Part shown: positions 9,886-20,092 of the stretch, piece after piece
Position numbering within the stretch: position 1 is the first letter of the stretch
How the letters are laid out: the number at the start of each line of letters is the position of its first letter
Source: a virus
IMG/VR virus record: IMGVR_UViG_3300016471_001132
Span: 72,095-136,094 of that record
Reading direction: 5' to 3' (one strand)
DNA: 64,000 nucleotides
Made by a program: the position numbers and the translations under genes
Notes under the pieces: model-generated
Databases searched by the model: none
Told to the model about the DNA's origin: nothing
Seen by the model: only the letters and a program-made list of their open reading frames with translations

Positions 9886-10614
9886 TTAAACGCCGTATCT
9901 TCCTCGCATGGCATTGAAGTTTTGTTTGACCTGTGTGGCAGTGAGTGCTGTGTTGTAGATCAAACTCTGCCCAATGTTGCCATTCACTGGATAACTACCC
10001 ACAGGATTTTCTCCAGTAAATGCACTGAGCCCGATCCAGACATTTTGATCATTGGTCACGGATCCTATGGTGGTTGCCGCTGTAGCCACTTGTGTTCCGT
10101 CGGCATACAGATAAAGATTTCCTCCAGTGGCATCTCTCACAAACACAGCATTGTGCCACGCTCCGTCGCAATATCCGGCGGTGCTCTGCAGGTTTTCCGA
10201 AGAGACAGCAGCATCCGCTGTATCTCCGCGTAATTTTCCAGTGGTAATCTCTAGCCAGAGTCTATAGTTCCAAGGTCTTCCAACTGTGGTTTCTTTGCTG
10301 AACAACATTTGATATGTGGTTGTGATACTACTTTTGAACCACGAACTTAGCGTAAATGTATTGTAACTCAGATATTGCCCAACATCGATGTATTTCCTAC
10401 CAGTGGCACCATCAAATGTAAAACTTGGAGCACGAGCGGAAGAATATCCTACACTTCTTTGTAGCGTGGTGGTATAGCGATTTGGACTCAAATCATAGCT
10501 GCTGGTGCCCGATCCTGGATAACTCGCATAGAGATCGGGCTCCAACCAAAGTTGCAGTCCATCTGTGATGATCTGCCCGGGCAAGGCAGACACTGCCGCG
10601 AGAGCACCGGCCAT
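9886..10614 (-). CDS. Concanavalin A-like / LamG domain virion protein
   Basis: GLQLWLE, WYDLS-like start, FTLSSWFK, WHNAVFV, LYADG, LIYNTALTATQVKQNFNA. Confidence 0.8.
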   Translation of the reverse strand: MAGALAAVSALPGQIITDGLQLWLEPDLYASYPGSGTSSYDLSPNRYTTTLQRSVGYSSARAPSFTFDGATGRKYIDVGQYLSYNTFTLSSWFKSSITTTYQMLFSKETTVGRPWNYRLWLEITTGKLRGDTADAAVSSENLQSTAGYCDGAWHNAVFVRDATGGNLYLYADGTQVATAATTIGSVTNDQNVWIGLSAFTGENPVGSYPVNGNIGQSLIYNTALTATQVKQNFNAMRGRYGV

Positions 10615-13600
10615 CAGTACACTCCTGTGCCGCTGATCACCCAGGTATCGGTCGCCACTTTCATCACTGACGCCAACCCATATGCACCTACCACGCGATT
10701 GCCTGTGGTTGAACTACCTGCCATGTATAATGACACACCTGTATCAGCGTTGACCAACACATTACCGGCGGCATTTACTACTACGGTCAGGGTAGCACCA
10801 GTGGGGAAGGCCACGTTGGTGTTGGTGGGTATCAGTAGACTGAGATTGCCCGCAGTGGTAGAGTAAAAGTGCTTGCCAGCATCTGAGATGGCAGCCGTGG
10901 CGTTGGCACTAAATGCGACCTGTGGAATATCTCTGTAGCCGATGGCAGCGCCCACTCCAGCAGGCGAATTGGCCAAGTCCATGTACAACCCGCGGGTGCT
11001 GCCGCCACCTTCAAAGAATCTCAGCCGATCACCATAGCTGTCGATCACTACGATGTTGCCGCTCAGTGTGGTGTTGGCAGCAGCCGGCAATGACAGGTTG
11101 ATCTCGCCACCTTCGATACCGCTTTGATTGGAACTGATCAGCACATCACCGGTGATGGTGCCGGAAATGTTGGCACCCACTGCATTCAAATATCCACCAA
11201 GGCCAGTTATCTGATTGATATCAATATTGCCAGCATTGGCAGTGATGCCGCTGACTGTGTCTACCAACAAACCGTCTACAGTAAGTTGATTTTCTATATT
11301 GACATTGCCTAAAATCTCCACTTCACCATCGGCATAGAGATTGCTGATGATGTTGCCAGTGACATTGATATCAACGATATTCAGGCTGTCAGCGTTGACA
11401 TTACCCGAGAGATTGGCGCCGACAGCGTTGAGCCAGCCACCCAATCCAGTGATTTGGTTGATATTCACATTGCCTGCGTTGGCAGTGATCCCTGTGACGG
11501 TATCTATCAAAAGGCCGCTGGCTTTGACATTGCCAGAAAACCAGCCATCTCTAAAATTATTTGTACTGTTACCCAGGTCCACAGCGGTGTAACCTGTGAC
11601 AGGATAGATCATTCCTTGCACAGAGATCGTACCATCGGCCAGGAATCTTGTTTCTCTGGTGGCACCCGCGTTGTTAGCGAAGATTGTTACCATGCTGGCA
11701 GCATAGATATCTACACCATCGTTGCCAGCACCATCTCCATAGAACAGGATACCGTTGAGCTCGGCCGCGTCGCTGTACATGGTTATGGTATTGGCTGCAG
11801 AACTGATATATCCTGTGCCGCCAGGAACCCATAGTTCACCGTTGACATCAAATGTCCAATTGTAAGCACCTGAACTAGTAGTTACAGTGACATTGTCTCT
11901 TGTGACAGTGACGTTACTACGCTTGATGTCACTGTTGTCTTGTGTCATCATTTCAACAAAACTTGAATCACTGACGCTTCTCGCTATGATACTGATATTG
12001 CTCGATGCGTCAGTCCACACAGCGGCATTGGCGGGTAATACTAAAGTTCCATTGTCGTTGAATTGATAATAAACCGATGACGCTGGAAATCCCAGTTCAA
12101 ACTGATCTCGTTGCTGTTGGTATTGTGACAATACTGTGCCGGAACCATCGTCGACGTTTAGGTAGACAGAAAAACCATCATCGTCGCCATCTTGAACTAG
12201 AATGGTAAAATCTTCATCAACGGTTTGAGCTATGCCACCGGCGACGAAGTTGAGATCACCTCCTGCAGGCAAGATGAGATTACCAGTGGTGTCAAATGTC
12301 CAGTTCTGTCCTGTGTTGTCACTGTCGGTGTATAAGGATATATTGCTGTTGGCATAAATCTCGGCATCACCGGTGTTGTTCAACAACACACCTGTTAGGT
12401 CTCCGGTACCAGCACTGACTCTTATGGTGTTGGCTGAAGCACTGATCGCACTGTTGCCGGGCAGGGTGACTGCACCTTCAGTGTCAAACACCCAACTCTG
12501 AGTGTTGGCAGTGACAGTAAGATTGCCGTTTCCTGTTCCTACTATATCATCGGTATAGACGTTGCCCGACACGTTGAGATTCACAGGAACGGATAGGTCT
12601 CCAAACTGACCAAAAGTAAAGGTATACGTTGCTCCATTGGCGTTGGCAGTGTCGATGGTAAAATCGTTGTCCATGCCACCAAATACGGAAGTCTGGCTGG
12701 CAGGAAATGTCAAGGTGCCACTATTAGTAAAATCCCATTCATAAGTGGGATTGCCGTTGGTGGTGTCTCCAGCACCGATCTCCACATTGCCGGCATCGTT
12801 GTGCAGGCGTGTGTTGGTGACGTTGGCTGTGTCGTTGGTGGGCACTTGCAAGAACGCATAACTTTCGCCCGACGGACTGATGTAGACATCTGTGTCCGGG
12901 GCACCGGGCTTGATAGTGATGGTGGCTGACAGGATCTCAAGGTTGGCGATGTTGGCCTCGTTATCAGAGGTCGTGACCACTTCAGCACCGTTGACTGTGA
13001 GTATGTTACCTGCAGCCATACCCAAAGGCACACCACCGATGTATATGGTGTTGTTGGCCACCCAGAGGTTTGACCAGTAGTTGGTAGCGTTGCCCAGGCT
13101 GTAGACTGCATTGGCAGCGGGTATGATGTTGCCGGCCCAGCCTGCCTGCCCATAGGCCACTGCATTGGCGTTGGCGTAACTAGTGATACCAGTAAGCAGG
13201 CTACCATTACCAAAGAAATAATTGGCCGTGATGTTGCCCGAAACATTAGCACCAATATTGGTAATCCAAGTATTGCTGGTGCTGTTGAAAAGGAAAGTGG
13301 CTATGGCATCGTTAGCGCCCACAGTTACACCAGCGCCATTGGCAGAGGAAGCATTGGCTGCTGTGTTAGCCAACTGCACAGTGAGCGTATCCGTGGTGAT
13401 GTTACCGATCTGTATAGTATCACCTTCCACAGTGAGATTGCCGCCTATGGTAGCATCTCCAGTCACTGTCAGCGTTTCGGGCAGCAATTCATCGATGTAG
13501 GCTCGGCGCCAGCTCTGAGCTGAACTGCCCAGATCTCTGGTACTGGTAGAATTGGGCAGGACGGAAGCATTGGCCTGGATAATCCCCGTACCGTTGGGCT

Positions 13601-13802
13601 TGAGTATGAGGTTGCCGTTGGTGTTGTTGGTCTGGATGGTGTTGTTGCTGATGGTTATGTTGCTGCCCACAGGGCCTGCTAACCAGACGTTGTCGAAGTT
13701 CTCATCGGTTTTGATAAACGCGGTGCGTAACGGGTCGCCGGTGCCATCGTTGGCAGTGGCGCCGTAGTTTATGATCTGTTGGGTGTTTCCGGTATTAGCC
13801 AT
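10614..13802 (-). CDS. Tail fibre protein (1062 aa)
   Basis: N-terminal NDGTGDPLRTAF motif, repeated WxFDxxGxLxLP motifs, C-terminal KVATDTWVISG; late TAAATA and SD. Confidence 0.8.
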   Translation of the reverse strand: MANTGNTQQIINYGATANDGTGDPLRTAFIKTDENFDNVWLAGPVGSNITISNNTIQTNNTNGNLILKPNGTGIIQANASVLPNSTSTRDLGSSAQSWRRAYIDELLPETLTVTGDATIGGNLTVEGDTIQIGNITTDTLTVQLANTAANASSANGAGVTVGANDAIATFLFNSTSNTWITNIGANVSGNITANYFFGNGSLLTGITSYANANAVAYGQAGWAGNIIPAANAVYSLGNATNYWSNLWVANNTIYIGGVPLGMAAGNILTVNGAEVVTTSDNEANIANLEILSATITIKPGAPDTDVYISPSGESYAFLQVPTNDTANVTNTRLHNDAGNVEIGAGDTTNGNPTYEWDFTNSGTLTFPASQTSVFGGMDNDFTIDTANANGATYTFTFGQFGDLSVPVNLNVSGNVYTDDIVGTGNGNLTVTANTQSWVFDTEGAVTLPGNSAISASANTIRVSAGTGDLTGVLLNNTGDAEIYANSNISLYTDSDNTGQNWTFDTTGNLILPAGGDLNFVAGGIAQTVDEDFTILVQDGDDDGFSVYLNVDDGSGTVLSQYQQQRDQFELGFPASSVYYQFNDNGTLVLPANAAVWTDASSNISIIARSVSDSSFVEMMTQDNSDIKRSNVTVTRDNVTVTTSSGAYNWTFDVNGELWVPGGTGYISSAANTITMYSDAAELNGILFYGDGAGNDGVDIYAASMVTIFANNAGATRETRFLADGTISVQGMIYPVTGYTAVDLGNSTNNFRDGWFSGNVKASGLLIDTVTGITANAGNVNINQITGLGGWLNAVGANLSGNVNADSLNIVDINVTGNIISNLYADGEVEILGNVNIENQLTVDGLLVDTVSGITANAGNIDINQITGLGGYLNAVGANISGTITGDVLISSNQSGIEGGEINLSLPAAANTTLSGNIVVIDSYGDRLRFFEGGGSTRGLYMDLANSPAGVGAAIGYRDIPQVAFSANATAAISDAGKHFYSTTAGNLSLLIPTNTNVAFPTGATLTVVVNAAGNVLVNADTGVSLYMAGSSTTGNRVVGAYGLASVMKVATDTWVISGTGVY
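11150..11520 (-). repeat. Internal duplication in tail fibre (two ~38-aa copies; boundaries approximate)
   Basis: GLLIDTVTGITANAGNVNINQITGLGGWLNAVGANLSG vs GLLVDTVSGITANAGNIDINQITGLGGYLNAVGANISG. Confidence 0.85.
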
Positions 13803-13846
13803 CTACTGTGTCCTTGGGGTCACAGTATTTACCGGATTGTGTGCTA

Positions 13847-14161
13847 TCAGTAGGGGCTGAAACTTGATCCGCAACCACAGGAAGTCTGTGCGTTGGGATT
13901 GTCTATGACGAAATTGGCACCCATGGCATCTTCTCGATAGTCTATTTTGGCACCGGTCATGTATTGCATGCTCATAGAGTCCACCAAGATTCCATCCACC
14001 TCGAAATCGTCTTCGTTAGTGATTTCATCCAGTGTAAACCCATACTGCATGCCCGAACATCCGCCACCTTGCACAAATGCTCGAATTCGTAATGTAGGGT
14101 TATTTTCTTCTGCCAATATGTCGGCGATTTTGAGTTTGGCCGATTCAGTGATGGTAATCAT
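13847..14161 (-). CDS. erpA: A-type Fe-S carrier (IscA/ErpA/HesB family)
   Basis: GGGCSG and CGCGSSF motifs; start moved to MITIT (ATGA overlap). Confidence 0.9.
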   Translation of the reverse strand: MITITESAKLKIADILAEENNPTLRIRAFVQGGGCSGMQYGFTLDEITNEDDFEVDGILVDSMSMQYMTGAKIDYREDAMGANFVIDNPNAQTSCGCGSSFSPY

Positions 14162-14700
14162 AGTCTTTCGTTGCACACATCCCAGTCGATGATGCGCCAG
14201 ATATTATCAAGATACTTTTCTTTGTCCCATTGGTAGTCAGTGGCCCAAACGTGCTCCCACCAATCAATAAGCACGCAGATATCTGTCCTGACTGCATGAT
14301 TTTTTATGGTCTTGATCTCGCCCCCTGTGGATAGATATACCCACCCTGATCCTTGTATCTTCATGGCTACCTCTTTGACAGCATCTTTGAAATCATCAAA
14401 GTTACCAAACTTGTCTTCGATCAAGGCAAGCACAGCGCCGCGGGGCAGATTACGGCCTTTGGGTGGTCTAAGTTGTGGGAAGAACTTGTTGTGCAGGAAA
14501 CTGCCGGCGCGGTTGAAGTCGGCATCTCCTTCGCCGGCATTGTAGCGTTTGGCATAACCTTTGGCCAAGTGCTCATAATGATAGTTGATGCTGTCTCGGC
14601 TGAGCACAGGATCTAACGCATCCTCGGCATAGGGCAAGGGGGTAGTTTCCAGTTTCTTTTCTCGAGTAGTAGCCTCGATGAGATCTATATGTTCGCGCAT
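14158..14700 (-). CDS. sod: Fe/Mn superoxide dismutase with short N-terminal extension
   Basis: [27 protein letters not shown] (DxWEHAY-like). Confidence 0.9.
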   Translation of the reverse strand: MREHIDLIEATTREKKLETTPLPYAEDALDPVLSRDSINYHYEHLAKGYAKRYNAGEGDADFNRAGSFLHNKFFPQLRPPKGRNLPRGAVLALIEDKFGNFDDFKDAVKEVAMKIQGSGWVYLSTGGEIKTIKNHAVRTDICVLIDWWEHVWATDYQWDKEKYLDNIWRIIDWDVCNERL

Positions 14701-14708
14701 AAACATAT

Positions 14709-14927
14709 TTATTTCCGGCGGGTGATACGCCCACGAGTGACATCATAAGGAGAGAATTCTATCTCTACCCTATCGCCCAGCAATATCTTGATGTTGTGCT
14801 GTCGCATCTTGCCCGAGATCACTCCCAGCACCACATTTTCAGTATCGTCTATCCGTACACGGAATGTTGCGTTGGGCAGTATCTCTACTACCTCGCCTTC
14901 CATCTTAAAACCTTCTTCTTTAGCCAA
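14709..14927 (-). CDS. infA: Translation initiation factor IF-1
   Basis: MAKEE...[15 protein letters not shown]...ISGKMR...[17 protein letters not shown]. Confidence 0.97.
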   Translation of the reverse strand: MAKEEGFKMEGEVVEILPNATFRVRIDDTENVVLGVISGKMRQHNIKILLGDRVEIEFSPYDVTRGRITRRK

Positions 14928-15264
14928 GTTCGAAATGGACCTTTTTCAGTCGATCCCAGCGGAAGCTGCGCCAGGCGTTTTGATTCATGTCCCAGACCAC
15001 GCATACATCAGGGTTGGGTTTTTTGGCAGTTTTATCTTTGTTTTCGTTCACGGTGTACTTAGCACCCAACGACTCATTCAGTGTGCATTTCATGCTACGG
15101 AAATCACCGTCGGCTTTGACAAAATCTATTGTGACTTCACGCTCGCGCAACAGACCTTGCACCCACTCTTTGAACACCTGCCGTTCTGATTCAGAGGCCT
15201 GGCAGTAATAATTTCCAGGATCTCCACTGATAGATCTCCACACTTGATCTCGTTCAAAACTCAT
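14920..15264 (-). CDS. WYL_2/DUF2693-like SH3 beta-barrel protein
   Basis: [19 protein letters not shown]...[15 protein letters not shown] pattern. Confidence 0.7.
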   Translation of the reverse strand: MSFERDQVWRSISGDPGNYYCQASESERQVFKEWVQGLLREREVTIDFVKADGDFRSMKCTLNESLGAKYTVNENKDKTAKKPNPDVCVVWDMNQNAWRSFRWDRLKKVHFELG

Positions 15265-15491
15265 ATATTTTCCCTTAAGCTCAATTCATTGGGTATGAAA
15301 GAGGGCCAGCCCGTGAGGAACAGCAGGCGGTCCTGTTCGTTGAAAAATTCAAAGTCCATCCAGTCAGCATCCACGTGTGTGCGATATCTGTCACCGGGCA
15401 AGCCAAACACTTCGACCACAGACGCCAGCTGGAGATTCCAGGTGGTAATGGTATCCCCATGCCGCCAATCGATCCTAGCGCGATAAGTCAT
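15261..15491 (-). CDS. Hypothetical protein
   Basis: ATGA-coupled at both ends. Confidence 0.7.
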   Translation of the reverse strand: MTYRARIDWRHGDTITTWNLQLASVVEVFGLPGDRYRTHVDADWMDFEFFNEQDRLLFLTGWPSFIPNELSLRENI

Positions 15492-16306
15492 AGTTCTATC
15501 AGTTTGGGTTGCCATGATTCTGCTCGCGCTTCATATCCGATATAGCCTCGGGGATTGCACACCACGCGAGTGCTTTCGATCTGATAGTCAAAGTCTTCAT
15601 GGGTGTGCCCGTGCGTCCAGAGTACGATCTCAGGTCTGTCCAGGATGAATTCTTCGAGATTGCTACGATAGCAACCGTTCATGATCACATCGTTGCGATA
15701 TTTTGGGTGTACGCTTTGATCGCTGGGACTATGGTGCCCCACCACGATCACTCGATCACTGCGATCGCCCTGTGCCCTGCGATTGTCGATCACAGTAGAT
15801 ATGTATTGCTTCATCTTGTAATGATCTTCCAAAGCATCCTGGGGGATGAACTTCCAGATCCCGCCACTTTTGCCTTTAGCTCGGTAGCCCACGCCTTTGA
15901 AGTCGTTCATCATCGAGCTGGCAGCATGTATAGTGATGGGATCACCACGATTGAAGTCGGTCCACAATGTGCCACCAATGAAAAGATAGTCCCCGATGGT
16001 GACAGATTCTTTGTCTAGGAGATGGAAATGAGAGTATTCTTTGACAGCGTCGCGGATGAGATTGGCGCTTTCACCGAAGTCACCGTGATAGTGTTCGTGA
16101 TTGCCCATGCACATCACTATGTGGGGAAATTCGTTGGCGATTCTCTTGAAGAAACCATGCACCCTGTCGCCACGCTCATCGGGCCGATCTAGATCTTTAG
16201 CTACAAGGATATCGCCCGACAGGATCAATACATCCACATCGTCTTGATTGCGTAAGTCAAGATCCCCAAACTCCAAGTGAAGATCGCTGGTTACATATAA
16301 CTTCAT
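15488..16306 (-). CDS. Calcineurin-like metallophosphoesterase
   Basis: SDLHLE, GDI, GNHEHY, HH, HGHTH motifs. Confidence 0.92.
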   Translation of the reverse strand: MKLYVTSDLHLEFGDLDLRNQDDVDVLILSGDILVAKDLDRPDERGDRVHGFFKRIANEFPHIVMCMGNHEHYHGDFGESANLIRDAVKEYSHFHLLDKESVTIGDYLFIGGTLWTDFNRGDPITIHAASSMMNDFKGVGYRAKGKSGGIWKFIPQDALEDHYKMKQYISTVIDNRRAQGDRSDRVIVVGHHSPSDQSVHPKYRNDVIMNGCYRSNLEEFILDRPEIVLWTHGHTHEDFDYQIESTRVVCNPRGYIGYEARAESWQPKLIEL

Positions 16307-16572
16307 AATTCCTTTTTTTGATGTTTCATGGCCCGATCCATACGATCCATGAAGTGCTCCATCATAGTCATAGCTTGGTCAAAATCCTGTCGTATATCAG
16401 CTTTGGATTGGGTATTCTCAGGAACACAGGCAGCACGACCGAATCCTTTATTGGCCGCATTGTATGTCTGCGCGAAACTTTCACACTGCTCCATGGTCTC
16501 AAAAACAGCAAAACGCTGGGCTGTTCCATTTTGAGCCAGTATCACCAGGACAAATACCATTTGCGCTAACAT
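16303..16572 (-). CDS. Hypothetical protein with N-terminal hydrophobic segment
   Basis: ORF in operon. Confidence 0.65.
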   Translation of the reverse strand: MLAQMVFVLVILAQNGTAQRFAVFETMEQCESFAQTYNAANKGFGRAACVPENTQSKADIRQDFDQAMTMMEHFMDRMDRAMKHQKKEL

Positions 16573-16573
16573 A

Positions 16574-16987
16574 TTACCTCCTCATGGTAGCGATGTCTCT
16601 GGCTTCGTCATCGCTGAAGATGGGCACGGCGTTGCTCTTGTGCATGGTGCCGATTCCTTTGATCTTGGTGCCGGTATAGACCTTGGGTGCAGGTGCTGCC
16701 GCCACGCCCACAGTATCGGGCTTGCTGGGTATGTTGGCTGGCTCACGACCCGGCGGATAGAAGGATGCTGTCTGTAAGGGCCGGAAAGCACCACGCGGCA
16801 TGGGCTGGCTCTCGACTTTCTTCGTGGAGAATCTAGGAGCCAATTTGTTCCACTGCTGTTGCAATTCTTCCCACTCACGAGCCTCACGCTCAGCCTTTTG
16901 CTTGGCCTCGCTTGACGCCCACTTCTTGTGCGCCTTCTTTGAATACTTGGTAGTGGTCATCCAAGGACCTTCTAGATGCATGGTCAT
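16574..16987 (-). CDS. Hypothetical phage protein (C-terminal HKSNAVP motif)
   Basis: GIGTMHKSNAVPIF motif recalled from T4-like phage hypotheticals; SD AAGGA. Confidence 0.7.
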   Translation of the reverse strand: MTMHLEGPWMTTTKYSKKAHKKWASSEAKQKAEREAREWEELQQQWNKLAPRFSTKKVESQPMPRGAFRPLQTASFYPPGREPANIPSKPDTVGVAAAPAPKVYTGTKIKGIGTMHKSNAVPIFSDDEARDIATMRR

Positions 16988-17064
16988 CGTGGATCCTTCA
17001 GTGCGTCAATTATGACCAGACCGGCGATGAACGTCAGTCCACCTACAATAATCAATTCGGTCAT
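16984..17064 (-). CDS. 26-aa single-TM micropeptide (not in ORF track)
   Basis: MTELIIVGGLTFIAGLVIIDALKDPR; ATGA overlaps with both neighbours. Confidence 0.65.
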   Translation of the reverse strand: MTELIIVGGLTFIAGLVIIDALKDPR

Positions 17065-17306
17065 CGCAGTTCCTTTTCGTAAGTCATCATCATGCGGGTC
17101 AAGGGTTCCATCTCTTTTATTATCACATCAGGTGATTTTTCGGCCAACTGGTCCAGAGTATAGTCACCGGGATAATGCCGCATCAGACTGTGGGCTCGCT
17201 GGCGGACTTCGCGTGGCACGCGGGGAGTCTTCTTGGGATCCAATAGATCCAGCAAGAATTGCCGAGTCTGTTGAATAGCGCGATAGCGTTCGTCGGGTAA
17301 TGTCAT
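17061..17306 (-). CDS. Hypothetical phage protein (MTLPDERYRA...HYP type)
   Basis: ORF directly behind an early promoter. Confidence 0.75.
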   Translation of the reverse strand: MTLPDERYRAIQQTRQFLLDLLDPKKTPRVPREVRQRAHSLMRHYPGDYTLDQLAEKSPDVIIKEMEPLTRMMMTYEKELR

Positions 17307-17315
17307 TATGCTACT

Positions 17316-17344
17316 ATTATAGCATCGGGCGATTTATTGGTCAA
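17316..17344 (-). promoter_or_regulatory. Early sigma70-type promoter
   Basis: TTGACC-17-TATAAT. Confidence 0.85.
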
Positions 17345-17781
17345 TCGGAGGGTTTGCCTTCGATCGCATAGGGCCCTTTGCGCGGTGGCGGAGGTTCTGG
17401 ACGCGGACCTTGGATCACTGGCTGATCCAATCTCTGTGCTTTGATCTCAGATTTGGATTTGCCCTTTTTGGGCAGAGGTTTAGGAGGATTTACAAGATTT
17501 TCTAACCGACCACTGTTCTCTATCACATTGGCGTTGATCTGCACAGTCAAGGTAGTGAGATCTCGTAGATCGCTGTTGATCTTGGTGAAATTTTCTCCCA
17601 AGCTGTCCAGGCGCTTGTCTTGCTGGTTGATGCGGTCTTCCAAGGATGCTATGCGACCCTTGAAATACTGGTTGTCGCTCTTGCGATTTTCTGCCACAGC
17701 ATACAACACCATGCTGGTGCAGAACAAGGCCACTACGCAAGTGACCAGGATAGGGATCCAGTCAGTTTTAGGCTTGTCCAT
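17341..17781 (-). CDS. Membrane-anchored coiled-coil protein
   Basis: N-terminal TM segment, heptad region, Pro/Lys tail. Confidence 0.65.
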   Translation of the reverse strand: MDKPKTDWIPILVTCVVALFCTSMVLYAVAENRKSDNQYFKGRIASLEDRINQQDKRLDSLGENFTKINSDLRDLTTLTVQINANVIENSGRLENLVNPPKPLPKKGKSKSEIKAQRLDQPVIQGPRPEPPPPRKGPYAIEGKPSD

Positions 17782-18553
17782 CTCGTGGCATTTGGCACAC
17801 CGGTATTGGCAGCATCTTGTGTAGGTTACGGGCTCTGAGTTGTTGATAGCGTTTCAATTTGGCTCGCTGTTGACGATCCATGCTCATGCGTTCGATATTG
17901 TCATCCATCAAGGTATCAAGATGCATCATGGTCTCCAGTTCGGGGTAAGTCATGCCCAATTGATCTTCATCGGTGCGGCCGTCGGCCCATAGTCCGTCAG
18001 TGGGTGCCGCATCAATGATTTCTGGGAGTATGCCCAGTTCGCGGCCCATGTCCCACACCTCAGTCTTCATGCAGTCGCCAATGGGCGAAATGTCCACGCC
18101 ACCGTCGCCATACTTGGTGAAGAATCCCACACCAAAGTCTTCCACACGGTTACCTGTACCTACCACGATGCCGCCTTCATCCTGTGCGATCTGGTACAGG
18201 CACATCATCCTCAATCGGCTGCGACTGTTGGCCAGACCCAGTTCCGATGCACCATCCCAGATGCGTTCAAACTGCCGGAATGTTGGCGTGAGATCTACCA
18301 TGCGGTGTCGCACATTTTCGAAATTTTCCACCAGCCACTGACCTTGTGCCACGCTGAGGCTGTGTGTCTTTTTGCTCTGGTGTATGGGCATGCTCACGGC
18401 GATGGTAGGCAATCCGGTGCGAGCACACAGGGCCGATACCACTGCGGAATCTATTCCACCGCTGATTCCCACCACAAGAGTCTTGATTTTATTTTTAGTG
18501 GCGTAACTCCGGATCCACTTTGTTATGTGATTGATTCGTTGCTTTGGTGTCAT
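17768..18553 (-). CDS. nadE: NH3-dependent NAD+ synthetase
   Basis: VVGISGGIDSAV, RSRLRM, GTGNRVE, FFTKYGDGGVD, PTDGLW; start moved to MTPKQR (ATGA). Confidence 0.95.
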   Translation of the reverse strand: MTPKQRINHITKWIRSYATKNKIKTLVVGISGGIDSAVVSALCARTGLPTIAVSMPIHQSKKTHSLSVAQGQWLVENFENVRHRMVDLTPTFRQFERIWDGASELGLANSRSRLRMMCLYQIAQDEGGIVVGTGNRVEDFGVGFFTKYGDGGVDISPIGDCMKTEVWDMGRELGILPEIIDAAPTDGLWADGRTDEDQLGMTYPELETMMHLDTLMDDNIERMSMDRQQRAKLKRYQQLRARNLHKMLPIPVCQMPRDGQA

Positions 18554-18993
18554 CGTTTCAGTGTGTCCCACATTTTGACTTTGTTTTCGATCTCGGCCAA
18601 CTTGGCTCGATACTGATCGCCGATGGCGCGTAGTTCTGCCCACTCGGCTTCCATGCTTTCGTGGGTCTTGAGCAAGCCCAGTCGTTGCTCGATACCGTCT
18701 AGGATCTGCATGAGACTGCGACCGTTGATCTCGATGTCAGCATCTTCGCCTTGGAGCGTGAGTTTACCCGACGGTCTTGTTTCGGTCAATGTGGTATCAT
18801 CAAGGATCCAAGATCCCGATGTACCTGTCGTGGTCCAAGTTGGCCCTGTACCCGACGTGGACCACACTGGCCCATTAATGAAGAGACCGGGATCGACAGT
18901 GATAAGGGGAGGAGTGGGGCCATAGAGAGGGTCATAGCCACCCCCAATCCCACTGACGTTGATGGATACAGAATCGAAATCGTCTTGGCTCAT
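18550..18993 (-). CDS. Hypothetical protein
   Basis: ATGA overlaps at both ends. Confidence 0.7.
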   Translation of the reverse strand: MSQDDFDSVSINVSGIGGGYDPLYGPTPPLITVDPGLFINGPVWSTSGTGPTWTTTGTSGSWILDDTTLTETRPSGKLTLQGEDADIEINGRSLMQILDGIEQRLGLLKTHESMEAEWAELRAIGDQYRAKLAEIENKVKMWDTLKR

Positions 18994-19424
18994 CTTGCGG
19001 TCACTGTGACAGACACCCATTGCCCCGGGTCTCGATCCATGTGCTGCCGGAACTCAGTCTCTCCGATGCGATAATGCACCATGAATCCGTCAGAACGCTG
19101 TTCAGTGACCGCTTCGGGTGTGCATCGTTGTACCTGTACTGGTTGACGACCTACTTGATCACCGATCACAGCACCGGCGATGGCCCCCACACCTGCACCC
19201 AGGGTCCGATCACCGCCTTTGGCCACTTGGCTACCGATCACTCCACCGATGATGGCTCCTGTGATAGGGTTGCCAGATTGTGGTGTCTGTGTCTCATTCA
19301 CGCATACTGACCGCGTGACAATGACTTCTCTATATTGAGGCACGACCTTGGTCACTGGAGCAGTTATCACACCGGCCCAGGTCACAGCAGGCAACAACAC
19401 AGCACCAATCAAAAACTGTTTCAT
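18990..19424 (-). CDS. Glycine-zipper 2TM (YcfJ-like) envelope protein
   Basis: GAIIGGVIGSQV...GAGVGAIAGAVIG, signal peptide. Confidence 0.85.
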   Translation of the reverse strand: MKQFLIGAVLLPAVTWAGVITAPVTKVVPQYREVIVTRSVCVNETQTPQSGNPITGAIIGGVIGSQVAKGGDRTLGAGVGAIAGAVIGDQVGRQPVQVQRCTPEAVTEQRSDGFMVHYRIGETEFRQHMDRDPGQWVSVTVTAR

Positions 19425-20092
19425 TTACGGTCTCCAAAGAGTTGTAGCAGGCTCACAAAGATATTGATAAAGTTGATGTACAGGCTGAGGGCGCCAAACC
19501 ACTGCCAACGACCGATGTCCGATTCACTGGCATTCCAGAACATGTCTCTGATGCGATTCATGTCATAGGCTGTCAGTCCCAAGAAGATCAGTATGGCTAT
19601 TACATTGATGGTCATCTGCAGGGCAGTGCTTTGCACAAACATGCCTACCACGCTGGCCACGATCAAACCGATCACACCCGCAAACAAGAATGGACCGAAT
19701 CCACTCAAGTCTCTTTTGGTGAAGTAGCCATAAAAGGCCAAAGCACCAAACGACACAGTGGTACCGACCAAGGCCAACACTATGCTGGCCGAAGTGTACA
19801 CGGCAAAAATAAGACTGAGGCTGATGCCCATGACGGAGGCAAAGGCCCAGAACCAGCCCTTGATCGCACTTTCCGACATCGACTCTCCGCGGAAGCCGAT
19901 ATAGAGACTCATCAGCAACGGAGCGAAGATCAAGATCCAACCCACCACGCCCGAAAACAGGACTGGAACCAATCCTAGAACATTTACTAGTGCGGCTGCC
20001 ACTAGGGTGGCTAGCACGCCACCAAACATACGACCCAGCACTCCGGCCACTGCTGTGTTAAGACTTTCGGCTGCTGAAACATTAAGATTCAT
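19421..20092 (-). CDS. Bax inhibitor-1/YccA family membrane protein
   Basis: About 7 TM segments, GYFTKRDLSG, GLTAYD, GALSLYINFINIF; start moved to MNLNV. Confidence 0.9.
   Translation of the reverse strand: MNLNVSAAESLNTAVAGVLGRMFGGVLATLVAAALVNVLGLVPVLFSGVVGWILIFAPLLMSLYIGFRGESMSESAIKGWFWAFASVMGISLSLIFAVYTSASIVLALVGTTVSFGALAFYGYFTKRDLSGFGPFLFAGVIGLIVASVVGMFVQSTALQMTINVIAILIFLGLTAYDMNRIRDMFWNASESDIGRWQWFGALSLYINFINIFVSLLQLFGDRK

Noticed and set aside
3878-13767. Many plus-strand ORFs of 60-150 aa opposite the structural genes (likewise 9172-9870, 33160-34140, 55924-56526)
   Set aside because: Antisense shadows of well-supported minus-strand genes, with no motifs or initiation signals.
10614-13802. 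Diversity-generating retroelement suggested by the tail-fibre duplication
   Set aside because: Both copies are in-frame within one gene, differences are not adenine-specific, and no reverse transcriptase is in the window.
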